The notes under the pieces were generated by a model. The model saw nothing but the letters and a program-made list of their open reading frames with translations, was not told where the DNA came from and ran no database searches. Positions 55,402 through 64,000 of a stretch of 64,000 bases of DNA are shown piece after piece; position 1 is the first letter of the stretch; the number at the start of each line of letters is the position of its first letter. The DNA comes from Ignavibacteriota bacterium. Its GTDB lineage: Bacteria > Bacteroidota > Ignavibacteria > UBA10030 > CAVZMI01. Location: NCBI GenBank assembly GCA_963776275.1, contig CAVZMI010000018.1, forward strand, positions 128,001-192,000. Reading direction: 5' to 3'. Position numbers and translations under genes: made by a program.

Positions 55402-57407
55402 TTATTTCAACAAGATGAGTTTTTTAGTCTGAATAAAATCCCCGGCTTTGAGCATGTAGAAATATACACCGCTGGATAATCCGGTTCCGTCAAACCTCAC
55501 TCGCTTATATCCCGGATCTTCAGTACTATCCACCAGTCTTGCGACTTCACAGCCTAGTATGTCATACACTATGAGTGTGACTCGGATTTTACTTGGAAGC
55601 TGATAGCTGATTGTTGTGTTAGGATTGAACGGATTAGGATAACTCTGTTCCAGTCTGAATGAAGATGGTGAACTGCTATGACTGTCTTCATTGATAACAG
55701 TCGACAGCATATATTCATACGCCCCGATATCGAATGGATTCGTCGTTCGAAGTACACCGAGAAGATCTCTCTCGACGACTGAGGACACATTCAGTCCGGT
55801 ATTGACACATGGACTGGTATTCTGCAATTGGAAATTATTTGCACCAGAATTTACAAATTGAGGATCTGCATTGAGTGCACCTGTATCCCAACCAGGCGCA
55901 GTACCGGCACCGAACCAGCAGTTAAGATGATTAGCTGATGGCAGGACTGTAGATTCCGTCGCCATATATGGCTCGCCTGTCGAATATATGATATTATTGC
56001 TGAATTGAATAACGCTCGATCGCTCGAGTGCCTCCGGTGAGATGAGAATATGACCTGTCTCCTCTGAGAATGCCGCCCCGGAAAATCCACAACCATACAA
56101 TGTGTTGTTGTAGCAATAAGCATCCGTCTTATTGATGAATTCGTGTCCGGTATTGATATGAATGCCACAGTGATACGATGGATCCGACCACTCAGGCCAA
56201 GTCCGGCATTGATAAGCAGATTGTTGTAAATCCAATTGTCTCCTATCACATAATATCCGAGCATTATTCCATCACCACGCTGGTTGAGAATGACGTTATC
56301 GTGAATTCGGTGCTGTTCGATAAATGCTGATGAATCCTGTTCGCTGTAAATATTGATACCACGATTGGAGAGATTGTCATGAACATAATTCCAGCCAACA
56401 TCTCTTCTCGATTCCGTCGGCGCTCTCGGCCCTGAATCCTGTCGAACACCTTTCACATAGATCGTATGGTAGAGTTTATCACACGCTGCTCGACCTACGT
56501 TTGTGCATTCATTACCAAGAACAAATATATCATTCCCGACGCAATCGATGGCTCCATCCATCCCATCTCCGTTCGGTGCAGTGACGTAATTCCCGATGAT
56601 TCGAAATCCTGTCTGTGCGGGAAGACCTAGCTGACCTGTTGTCACAGTAAATTTTGAGAGAACCCAATGTGTCGAGTATCCATCTTTGCTTTCATTCCAG
56701 ACAAAAAAAGCACGTTCCAGAATTTCATTCCCTACACGAGATGTGGCGTTGGGATACACGATCAATGATTTTGGTCTGCCGGTTTCTCCATCAGTAGTGA
56801 GGTTGACACACGCACTTGCATCGATCTCTGTTATTTGATTAACACTATCACAGATATATGTAATATCACCCGATGCGATTGTCGTGACTGCTTTATTGAT
56901 TGTACTCCAAGGTTGTGACCAGCTTCCATCGCCCCCGTTATCATCTCCGGTCGCTTTGACAAAGAATATATTTCCGCTGCGGACGGTAAAAGGTAGTGAA
57001 TTTGATTGTATGCCGCCATCCATTACATATATTTCACCCAGACCATCCTGCGCAAGGTGATTGACTTGGAATGAAATCATTTGCATCCTGTAATAGGAGT
57101 ACAGGTTCGCCGGTTGTGTTGCATTACCCCACGAGTAATATGAAGCGGCATCTGCGCTGTTACAAACAACTCTTGAATTACCCTGTGACGCACCAAGGTT
57201 CACTCCCCAAATAGTAACAATAGCGCCATCCAGTCCCGGCGTTCGTGCACCGGATGCATCGCTATTACCCGATTTAGGCCCACTCGCAATATCAGAAAAA
57301 TACAAAACCGGATCAGCCGCCTGGGCAGGGCAAATAAAGATTCCATTTCCGATGAAAAAAAGGAAAATCACTGATAATCGCTTCAAAAATATTTTAAAAT
57401 TTTCCAT
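55402..57407 (-). CDS. Secreted IPT plus right-handed beta-helix protein with a T9SS-type C-terminal domain (frameshift at ~56200)
   Basis: Signal peptide; VTIWGVNLG; GDGSWSQPW; DIGAYE; YPNPFNP..SGVYFY..TKKLILLK. Confidence 0.85.
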
Positions 57408-57566
57408 TTTGGTCTCCTACTGATTAGTGAGGAAAAATGACATCACGTTGTCCCGCTCCAGATGTCATCGGGAACGGGATGAGCAATGGGATGTTCGTTC
57501 GGTTTATACTTTGGCACCATTTTTATAGCGGTTAGGTGCCGCGCTGGATTGTCAAAGATGAAAATA

Positions 57567-58106
57567 TCATCTCAAAACCTGGATGTCTCCATGAGTTTGT
57601 TCATTTTGGGCTGCAATTATCACACGATATATTCCCTCTGGAACAGACTGATGAAGACTGTCCCGTAGTTCCCATAGTATGGTATAATACCCCGCGCTCA
57701 GTGTCTCCGCTACAAGGGTTGTAATGCATCTGTCTGGTTTGTCGTACACTCTAGCTTCTACGTATGAGGCATGTACGATTGCGAATCTGATATTGCATCC
57801 CAATCTACGTTCGTCAAACCCATAAGAGATTGAATCTCTCCCCACAGGATTTGGGAACGCGGGCAGAGCAAATAGTATGTGATCGGTTGGATTACCTCCC
57901 ATTGGAACCCAACGAAAATCCCATCGTGGTTGCCAATCGGTAGTGTCATCTTCGATGATGACACCAAAAGTGTCAGTTTTTGTGATGCCGCTAAAGGGTG
58001 TACAATTGGAATCGTTGATCGGATTTCCATTTTTCTTGCAACTCGATGCAAAAAATAACGATATGATTGTTATCATTGCAGCAGTTGTTTTTATATATCT
58101 TAACAT
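57567..58106 (-). CDS. Lipoprotein with a FlgD-like C-terminal Ig domain
   Basis: Lipobox ASSC; PAFPNP..AGYYTILW..EGIY. Confidence 0.7.
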   Translation of the reverse strand: MLRYIKTTAAMITIISLFFASSCKKNGNPINDSNCTPFSGITKTDTFGVIIEDDTTDWQPRWDFRWVPMGGNPTDHILFALPAFPNPVGRDSISYGFDERRLGCNIRFAIVHASYVEARVYDKPDRCITTLVAETLSAGYYTILWELRDSLHQSVPEGIYRVIIAAQNEQTHGDIQVLR

Positions 58107-58463
58107 GGCTGGGTTCTTCCTTAAATCGATTTGAAATATGGCGCATGGTAAATTAGAAAAGGTCTCACTTTCGTGGCGGTGTGAATATCCGTATTTAACG
58201 GATAACGAAGTTGGCATAACACCGACGAAATGAGATTCACCTACTCACAATGAAAGTAGCAAAACTTAACGTCAGAGGCAAGATGGCCCCTCTGAGTCGG
58301 AGGGAGAGTTCAAGGACCTCATTGCACACCCAGAGAAGTTCCATCATTTGCAAGAATAAAGATGACTGCAATTAGTATGAAATGATATGTTTTCATGGTA
58401 GAATTACATTTCTTGGATGTTCAAATGATAATTGCATCTGCTATGTATAAACTCAAGAGCCAA

Positions 58464-58543
58464 CCTGCCCGCCGAAGCTTTAGCGTAGGCGGGCCTATCC
58501 GCCGTTCTTGCGGATCCCGAGCTTGCCGAGGGATGGCGGGGGA
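58464..58543. repeat. REP-like palindrome cluster
   Basis: CCTGCCCGCCGAAGCTTTAGCGTAGGCGGG followed by a nested TCCCGAGCTTGCCGAGGGA. Confidence 0.75.
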
Positions 58544-58618
58544 CTTTTAGGGATATTTAATACAAAAAATAAAGTGAGACAATATTCTCTCGGATTTCGT
58601 CGCGCCACAATAAATTAT

Positions 58619-59068
58619 TCACTTGTTGGATATTTGCTTTATAAATCGATCGATATTCTCTTGAATGTCGCTCGGGAAACAATAACGAGCATATTTCCAT
58701 ACTTTTCTTGTGGCAGATTGTTCGAACATTCGTTGGCGGTAATCACTCTCTCTTAATTGTTCATAAATTGCCTTACCATGTGCTGTGCAATATGCGCAGA
58801 GTGCGCCGACACTGAGTACCAGATATGCAATATCTTGAGGAGAAATACCCTGCTTGCTGGCAGCTTTTAAATTGATTCCATGGAATTTGAGTGCACTTGG
58901 CCAATCGGCAAGTTTAGACTCAAACGAATTATCGCGCTGGATATCAAATAATGCCGCTTGTATTCGATTACGCGTGGTTTCTACAGAATGTTTCTCAAGC
59001 ATAGAAATAGCAAATGAGATAATAGAAAAAACAAAAGCCAAGAGTGAAATCGTCACAGATGTTTCCAT
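58619..59068 (-). CDS. Hypothetical protein with N-terminal TM helix (cassette-like gene)
   Basis: AAGGAG RBS; TM helix then helical domain; preceded by a GTTGAAT core site. Confidence 0.65.
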   Translation of the reverse strand: METSVTISLLAFVFSIISFAISMLEKHSVETTRNRIQAALFDIQRDNSFESKLADWPSALKFHGINLKAASKQGISPQDIAYLVLSVGALCAYCTAHGKAIYEQLRESDYRQRMFEQSATRKVWKYARYCFPSDIQENIDRFIKQISNK

Positions 59069-59497
59069 AATTAACTCCTTCGGCTTAATTCAACCGTAAA
59101 ATTAAAGGGTGGTACTCAGTACATTAAAGGACATCATGGCGAATTAAAGCCAAAAGCTCATCAATATTTGTCTCATAGAATCGTACTTTGACCACCATTT
59201 TTGTGTTTCGTTCTTTACGTCCCACGCTCCGGGTTCCTTCCGTCCCACGGTTTCTGTGGGATTTGTGGGGCACAGTGGGGCGATGGGATTGCGGGGACCT
59301 TTTAAAAAGTGTCAGCTGGCGTTTGCATTTCATATGTTTGAATCTAATCGTAATGTTTAAACTCTGCCCAGTCATCATTCAGCGTAGATCGACGATTCTT
59401 GCCGATCCAGACACCATGTTGTTTTCATACGATATGCAATAGTAATCCTTGATTGTGCCCGCTTGAATGACTTCGCTATATAATTCTCTTATCGCTT

Positions 59498-61807
59498 CTA
59501 CCGAAAATTGTCCAGTACTATAATCCTGTTCTTGGTCTCAGGTCTCATAAATACCAGTTTCTTACCATCAGGAGAAACAGAAGCTATGGGGGTTGACCTT
59601 GGCATTTCTCTTATCTTTTCGACCATTCCGTTTGTTTGATACACTCTTACCAGAGTATTAATTCGGGAAGCTGCATCCCATATGCATCCAAGAATTGATT
59701 TGTCATCGGGCATAGAACATAAGAACCGAAAAGATTTCGGGATCTTTATCAGATGTTTACTTTTACCTACATCCAAAGGTATGGACCACATACCAATTGA
59801 ATCTTGAACTATGGCACTCTTTGAGTCCCACGAAAAGTGTGGCCACACAGGGAATAGAAAAGCGATTTCCTTAATCACCTTTTCAGGAGAAGATGTGAGT
59901 GCTAACAATACTCGATCCCATTTTTCAGATGCATACATGACGTATTTTCCATCCCTGGAGATATCAAGTGGTCCACCGTCTTCTATTTTCCTGGTGACGT
60001 TTGTGGCAAGCTCATGCGCAAAGAGACTGTACTGAACATCTATGGAATCCGGATTCTTTCTTATTGTATCATTTCGATAGCCATCGAAAAAGATCGATTT
60101 CATATCTGCGGACCAACGTATCATCATTCCCAATATCATTATGTTTTTCTCGATTGCTGGTACAAATTTAGCTGGCTCGCTTCCATCCTTATTGCATATC
60201 ACAAATCCGTTTTGCGAGTGTTCGAATGCATTTTCCAGCCAGTAGATGAGTTTGCTTCCATCCGGAGAATATGCACCCATCCAGACATTCGCATCCTCGA
60301 ACGTCAATTGCTGAAGTTCCTTGGTCTGAAGATCGATTGTCCAGAGATTGGATGTCCGAGACCCATTCAAGTATACTAGGTGTTTAGCGTCCTTTGATAT
60401 GCGTGGGCACATGTCGGCACCGGCACCCCCCAGTGTGAGCTGCTTCGGCGCTCCGCCTTCCTCAGGCATGACCCATAAGCCTATACCTCCGCTGCGGTTT
60501 GAATTGAAGACGATCTCTCCAGTCGAAGTCCAACAAAAATCATCGATCACCTTCTTGTCAAATGTGATCTGATGTTCAGTGCTATCGTTCACATCGCGCA
60601 CAAAAATCTCTGAGTAACGGCCGTTTGCGATATTTTCAAAACTTCTAAGGAATGCAAGCCGTCTCGAATCAGGTGACCAAGCAACATTATAGAAAAATAA
60701 TGGTTTGAACTGTGTAATTTTTTTTATCTCCGTTCCGTCTGGATTGATGATGGAGAGTTCCGTTTCGAAAATGGAGGGGTATTGGCGGAAGAAGGCAATA
60801 TGTTTTCCATCCGGTGACCACCTTGGAAGGCAACCGTTATCGACCAGTTTGCGAGGTGTTCCGCCAAGAGTAGGGATGATGTCTATTCCGTCATCACCCT
60901 CATAGGCGATCTGACTGGCGTCAGGCGAGAAACATGGATCTTGGTAAGAAACCAACCCTGTGTCGTTTGTAATTTTCCGTGGCTCGCCTCCTGAGGAGGA
61001 AATAATATACAAGTTTATACATCGGTGTAGATGGCTTTTAGAATCATCGACTCTGTAAACAATCCAGTTTCCATCGGGAGAAATGTTCGGTTGGAAGACA
61101 TTATCCTCTCCTGTTTTCAACGTTCGTGTCACCATTGGTGTTGAAGGTTTGTTGAGTAGCTCAATCCCGATAAAAATACCAATAGCTACCACAAATAATC
61201 CTGCTAGTGCATAAATCCAGTTCTTTCTTTTTTTTCTTCTCCTCTTGGATTTGTGTGCAGAAGCTGCTATGGATCCTACAAGGATTTCATAAATCTCAAT
61301 TTTCTCTTTGATATTCTTGAGCTCTTTGGGTCCAAGCGAGACTACTTGAAGATCTAATTTGTGCCTTACTAAATTATACACCTCCTGCGAGATACAAATG
61401 CCCCCCGGCTCAGCTAGCGGTTCAATACGAGAAGCAATGTTTACACCATCGCCAAATACATCATTATCTTTGACAACGATGTCACCCATATGAATACCGA
61501 TACGAAGAAGTATCTTTTCTTTGTCCGCAGCGCTCTCGTTATACTTACCGAAACGCTCCTGAATATCAATGGCACACCGAACAGCATTAGCAACTGTTGT
61601 AAAACTCACAAGAAAGGCATCGCCCATCATTTTGATTTCCTTGCCATCGTGTTTATTGAGAGCATCTCTGACGATTTGATTATGACGACTAAGAAGCTTC
61701 ATGGTGAGATTTTCATTCTCCTGCATCATCTTGCTGTATCCGACGATATCGGAGAACATTATGACAGAGAGATGTGTTTGGCTTTCGGGGTTCGTTATGT
61801 CAGGCAT
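59498..61807 (-). CDS. Class III adenylate cyclase, TM helix and TolB/PD40 beta-propeller repeats
   Basis: MFSDIVGYS, KMMGDAFL, RIGIHMGD, DVFGDGVNIASR; many (W/F/I)SPDG repeats. Confidence 0.9.
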   Translation of the reverse strand: MPDITNPESQTHLSVIMFSDIVGYSKMMQENENLTMKLLSRHNQIVRDALNKHDGKEIKMMGDAFLVSFTTVANAVRCAIDIQERFGKYNESAADKEKILLRIGIHMGDIVVKDNDVFGDGVNIASRIEPLAEPGGICISQEVYNLVRHKLDLQVVSLGPKELKNIKEKIEIYEILVGSIAASAHKSKRRRKKRKNWIYALAGLFVVAIGIFIGIELLNKPSTPMVTRTLKTGEDNVFQPNISPDGNWIVYRVDDSKSHLHRCINLYIISSSGGEPRKITNDTGLVSYQDPCFSPDASQIAYEGDDGIDIIPTLGGTPRKLVDNGCLPRWSPDGKHIAFFRQYPSIFETELSIINPDGTEIKKITQFKPLFFYNVAWSPDSRRLAFLRSFENIANGRYSEIFVRDVNDSTEHQITFDKKVIDDFCWTSTGEIVFNSNRSGGIGLWVMPEEGGAPKQLTLGGAGADMCPRISKDAKHLVYLNGSRTSNLWTIDLQTKELQQLTFEDANVWMGAYSPDGSKLIYWLENAFEHSQNGFVICNKDGSEPAKFVPAIEKNIMILGMMIRWSADMKSIFFDGYRNDTIRKNPDSIDVQYSLFAHELATNVTRKIEDGGPLDISRDGKYVMYASEKWDRVLLALTSSPEKVIKEIAFLFPVWPHFSWDSKSAIVQDSIGMWSIPLDVGKSKHLIKIPKSFRFLCSMPDDKSILGCIWDAASRINTLVRVYQTNGMVEKIREMPRSTPIASVSPDGKKLVFMRPETKNRIIVLDNFR

Positions 61808-61939
61808 TTATGGATCCTTCAATTGGCATTGTGGGCTTTCTCTTTATTCTACTACATCTCTACTTCATTAGCAACATCTTCTTCGTCTCACCCAACGGTA
61901 TGGAGTAAACTCTACTTGTTGATTCGTTACCAATATGTG

Positions 61940-61970
61940 CCTGTCCGCCGTAGCCGAAGGCGTAGGCGGG
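61940..61970. repeat. REP-like palindrome (same family as 58464-58493)
   Basis: CCTGTCCGCCGTAGCCGAAGGCGTAGGCGGG. Confidence 0.75.
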
Positions 61971-61979
61971 CTTTTAAAC

Positions 61980-63011
61980 CTACTTGAGTATTACTCCCCA
62001 TTCTGTAACGACAAAACCATTTCGTTCGAACTTAGGAATTGGCGGAGTAGGAAGCTTCTTTCCGATGTCGTTCGTTCCTTGTATGACATAGAAGAGGCGA
62101 AGCATATTATCCGGCTGTTCGGAGATTTTCAAACGAATCACTTTCCCGATCTCATCGGCAAATTGGGGATAAATGATATAATATGGATATTCAACCAGTC
62201 TTGGAATCCAATACTCGATAAAATCGCTTTTTTCATGCTGATTAAAACCGGCGAGAAGGAGATTGTTCGAGAAGAATGACGTAAGTGTATCTCTGCTGAC
62301 AATCCAGCCTGAAGTATATTGAAAGGCATCCGGATTTTTACTCTCGTAAAAGAGATAGTCGTACTGTCGATCGATCTTGCCGGACGGTTCTACGGAAACA
62401 TTCCAACCGCCGGAATACAATGGAATCGATTGAAGAATGGATCCTCCCAGCGGAAATTCCAATGCGACGGACAGATTGCGTGTAGTTCGCGGATAGAGAT
62501 AAATATTAGGTTTGCGAACGATCGGATGAGAAGTATCGATAATAGTTATTTGAATGCGCTGCGGGCGTTCGATCTCTGCATTGTCAAAGCGAGCAGAGAT
62601 GGATACATCCGCCTCATAATTTCCGGGCATCAGGGCACCCACAGAACTCAGAATATTGAATGGTCCAAGCCATCGGTTTGTTATGGTGGAATCGGCTTCC
62701 AGTACACCACGATGAACTATTTCCGGCCAGGCAAAGCCATAATATTGCCGGGAAATGATTGTGTCGTTTCGGGTGATAAAGATATCCGAAACGGGTCCTG
62801 TCCATGTGTATTTCTGATCAATGCCGGTCTTATTGGTCATCTGAAAAATCAAGTAGAACGGATAGCCTCTCTGGAAGACGGTACTGGGATTTCCGAGTGT
62901 ATCGGTAATTGAGAATGATGTCGAGATAGTTTCATCTGGTTGGGTCGTCTCATCCATATTGCAACCGATCATCACTCCAGCAACCAAAAGAAGGGTTATC
63001 AAATTTTTCAT
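61980..63011 (-). CDS. Lipoprotein with an Ig-like domain and a conserved KPxIYLYP domain
   Basis: Lipobox MIGC; KPNIYLYP, YLFYE, DFIEYWIPRL, EWG. Confidence 0.75.
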   Translation of the reverse strand: MKNLITLLLVAGVMIGCNMDETTQPDETISTSFSITDTLGNPSTVFQRGYPFYLIFQMTNKTGIDQKYTWTGPVSDIFITRNDTIISRQYYGFAWPEIVHRGVLEADSTITNRWLGPFNILSSVGALMPGNYEADVSISARFDNAEIERPQRIQITIIDTSHPIVRKPNIYLYPRTTRNLSVALEFPLGGSILQSIPLYSGGWNVSVEPSGKIDRQYDYLFYESKNPDAFQYTSGWIVSRDTLTSFFSNNLLLAGFNQHEKSDFIEYWIPRLVEYPYYIIYPQFADEIGKVIRLKISEQPDNMLRLFYVIQGTNDIGKKLPTPPIPKFERNGFVVTEWGVILK

Positions 63012-63055
63012 TGATGTCTCCAGCTGTTAGACCTAAGATAAACTTACAATTCTTC

Positions 63056-63237
63056 AGCTAACGATTTCAATACCGCGTAGCGGTCTCACCTCGCTGAGTC
63101 CGCCTCGCTCGCCTCGCTTCCCGTCTCGCCCGACTAGCGTCGGTCTCGACGAGGCGGACGCTCGTCGAAGTGGGTCGAGCCTCGGCGATATGGGCTCGGC
63201 GAAGCGGGACCGTTTTATGGTATAGGTTCTGTTAGGC
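63056..63237 (-). mobile_element. attC-like recombination site with REP insertions in its loop
   Basis: Minus strand GCCTAAC-N6-TATACC..CGGTC-[REPs]-GACCG..GGTATT-N6-GTTAGCT, downstream of one gene and upstream of the next. Confidence 0.6.
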
Positions 63238-63269
63238 GTTCGTTGTGTTGCTCAGTTGCTCCTCACTCT

Positions 63270-63743
63270 TTAAAAATGTAAAGATTTTAGTTTTGCTGTG
63301 TTGACTTTACACCTTTCTTCAATTCGTTTCATCTCATCGGCAAATGAGCAGAAGAGCGTCCAATAGGGACTGTTTTTGTTCATATCGGCCCAAAAGTTTT
63401 TGCTTTCATAGCAACGGATAGCATAATACGAGAACATATAGTGAGCCAGGTCTTTCTTAAGTAGACCGGTATTTACCATAAGTGCAACTGTCTCGAAGAA
63501 AGAAAGGAAATGGTATTTTTTAGCATAACCCAGCTTGGTTAGATAGAGTGAATTGGTATCGAGATACTTGCAGATCTGACTTAACACCACAACTTCATTT
63601 AGTTGTTTATGTAACTCGGAGAAGTATTCTGCTCGTTTCATTGCATTGTTTCTTGAGTACTCGATCACACCTTTGATGAGAGCTAACAAACCAACAATAC
63701 CGCCAACTAATAGAATTATGTTTTTTATTGTTTCCCAATCCAT
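63270..63743 (-). CDS. DUF4760-like membrane-anchored protein (cassette-like gene)
   Basis: N-terminal TM helix; FLSFFETVALMVNTG..YMFSYY. Confidence 0.65.
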   Translation of the reverse strand: MDWETIKNIILLVGGIVGLLALIKGVIEYSRNNAMKRAEYFSELHKQLNEVVVLSQICKYLDTNSLYLTKLGYAKKYHFLSFFETVALMVNTGLLKKDLAHYMFSYYAIRCYESKNFWADMNKNSPYWTLFCSFADEMKRIEERCKVNTAKLKSLHF

Positions 63744-63781
63744 AGGTCTTCTCCTATCTTATTCTCATGCAAAACAATGAT

Positions 63782-63806
63782 GTATAACGATATCTATACT
63801 ACGTAG
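63782..63806 (-). repeat. Right half of a second attC-like site
   Basis: TAACGATATCTATACTACGTAG matches TAACGATTTCAATACCGCGTAG (63059-63080) at 18 of 22 positions. Confidence 0.55.
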
Positions 63807-64000
63807 TAGTACTGCTTCGCCGTCCTAAAGGACTGCTACGCCGTATTCAATCAACTAATAAAAGCGGCGGCGTACTCCCACTAAGCCAAAGGTCGTCAGA
63901 CTTCGATCGTCGGATTGCGGCGAGCCGCTCCGCCGCTCTCGGTCTTCCGCATCGGCTCGATGCAGTTGATATGCCGCTCTTATCCTAAAATCTGCTGAAG

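Noticed and set aside
59124-59480. Small genes or a toxin-antitoxin pair between cassette-like genes
   Set aside because: Short ORFs lack recognisable motifs or an RBS; probably gene debris around a CCCAC/GTGGG palindrome

Overview
Bacterial chromosomal window, probably from an Ignavibacteria/Bacteroidota-like anaerobe (inferred from a T9SS-type C-terminal domain protein, DUF3078, and an ECF-CHAT locus). Single-base frameshifts interrupt about 13 genes, including recG and carB, which most likely reflects uncorrected long-read errors. Contents in order: recG; an operon of two ATP-grasp ligases, a membrane protein, a GNAT and KamA; an ECF sigma / anti-sigma / TPR-CHAT protease / glycosyltransferase operon facing a papain-family protease; assorted enzymes; a tandem pair of HTH-less LacI-type sensor domains; carB; mscL; cbiMQO; an orphan hisF; a triple pilin-like-domain protein; ArsR with a Met-rich protein; sppA; a Cys-less purF; SPFH with an RHH regulator; and an ECF / anti-sigma / TonB set. 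From about 53.5 kb to the end is a run of co-oriented minus-strand genes separated by attC-like sites and nested REP-like palindromes. No rRNA, tRNA, CRISPR array, integrase or transposase was seen. The best leads are the ECF-CHAT-glycosyltransferase module, the KamA/ATP-grasp peptide pathway, three amidotransferase-pathway enzymes that all lack glutaminase function, and the decayed integron-like cassette array invaded by nested REPs. All family assignments are by motif recognition only; no searches were run.
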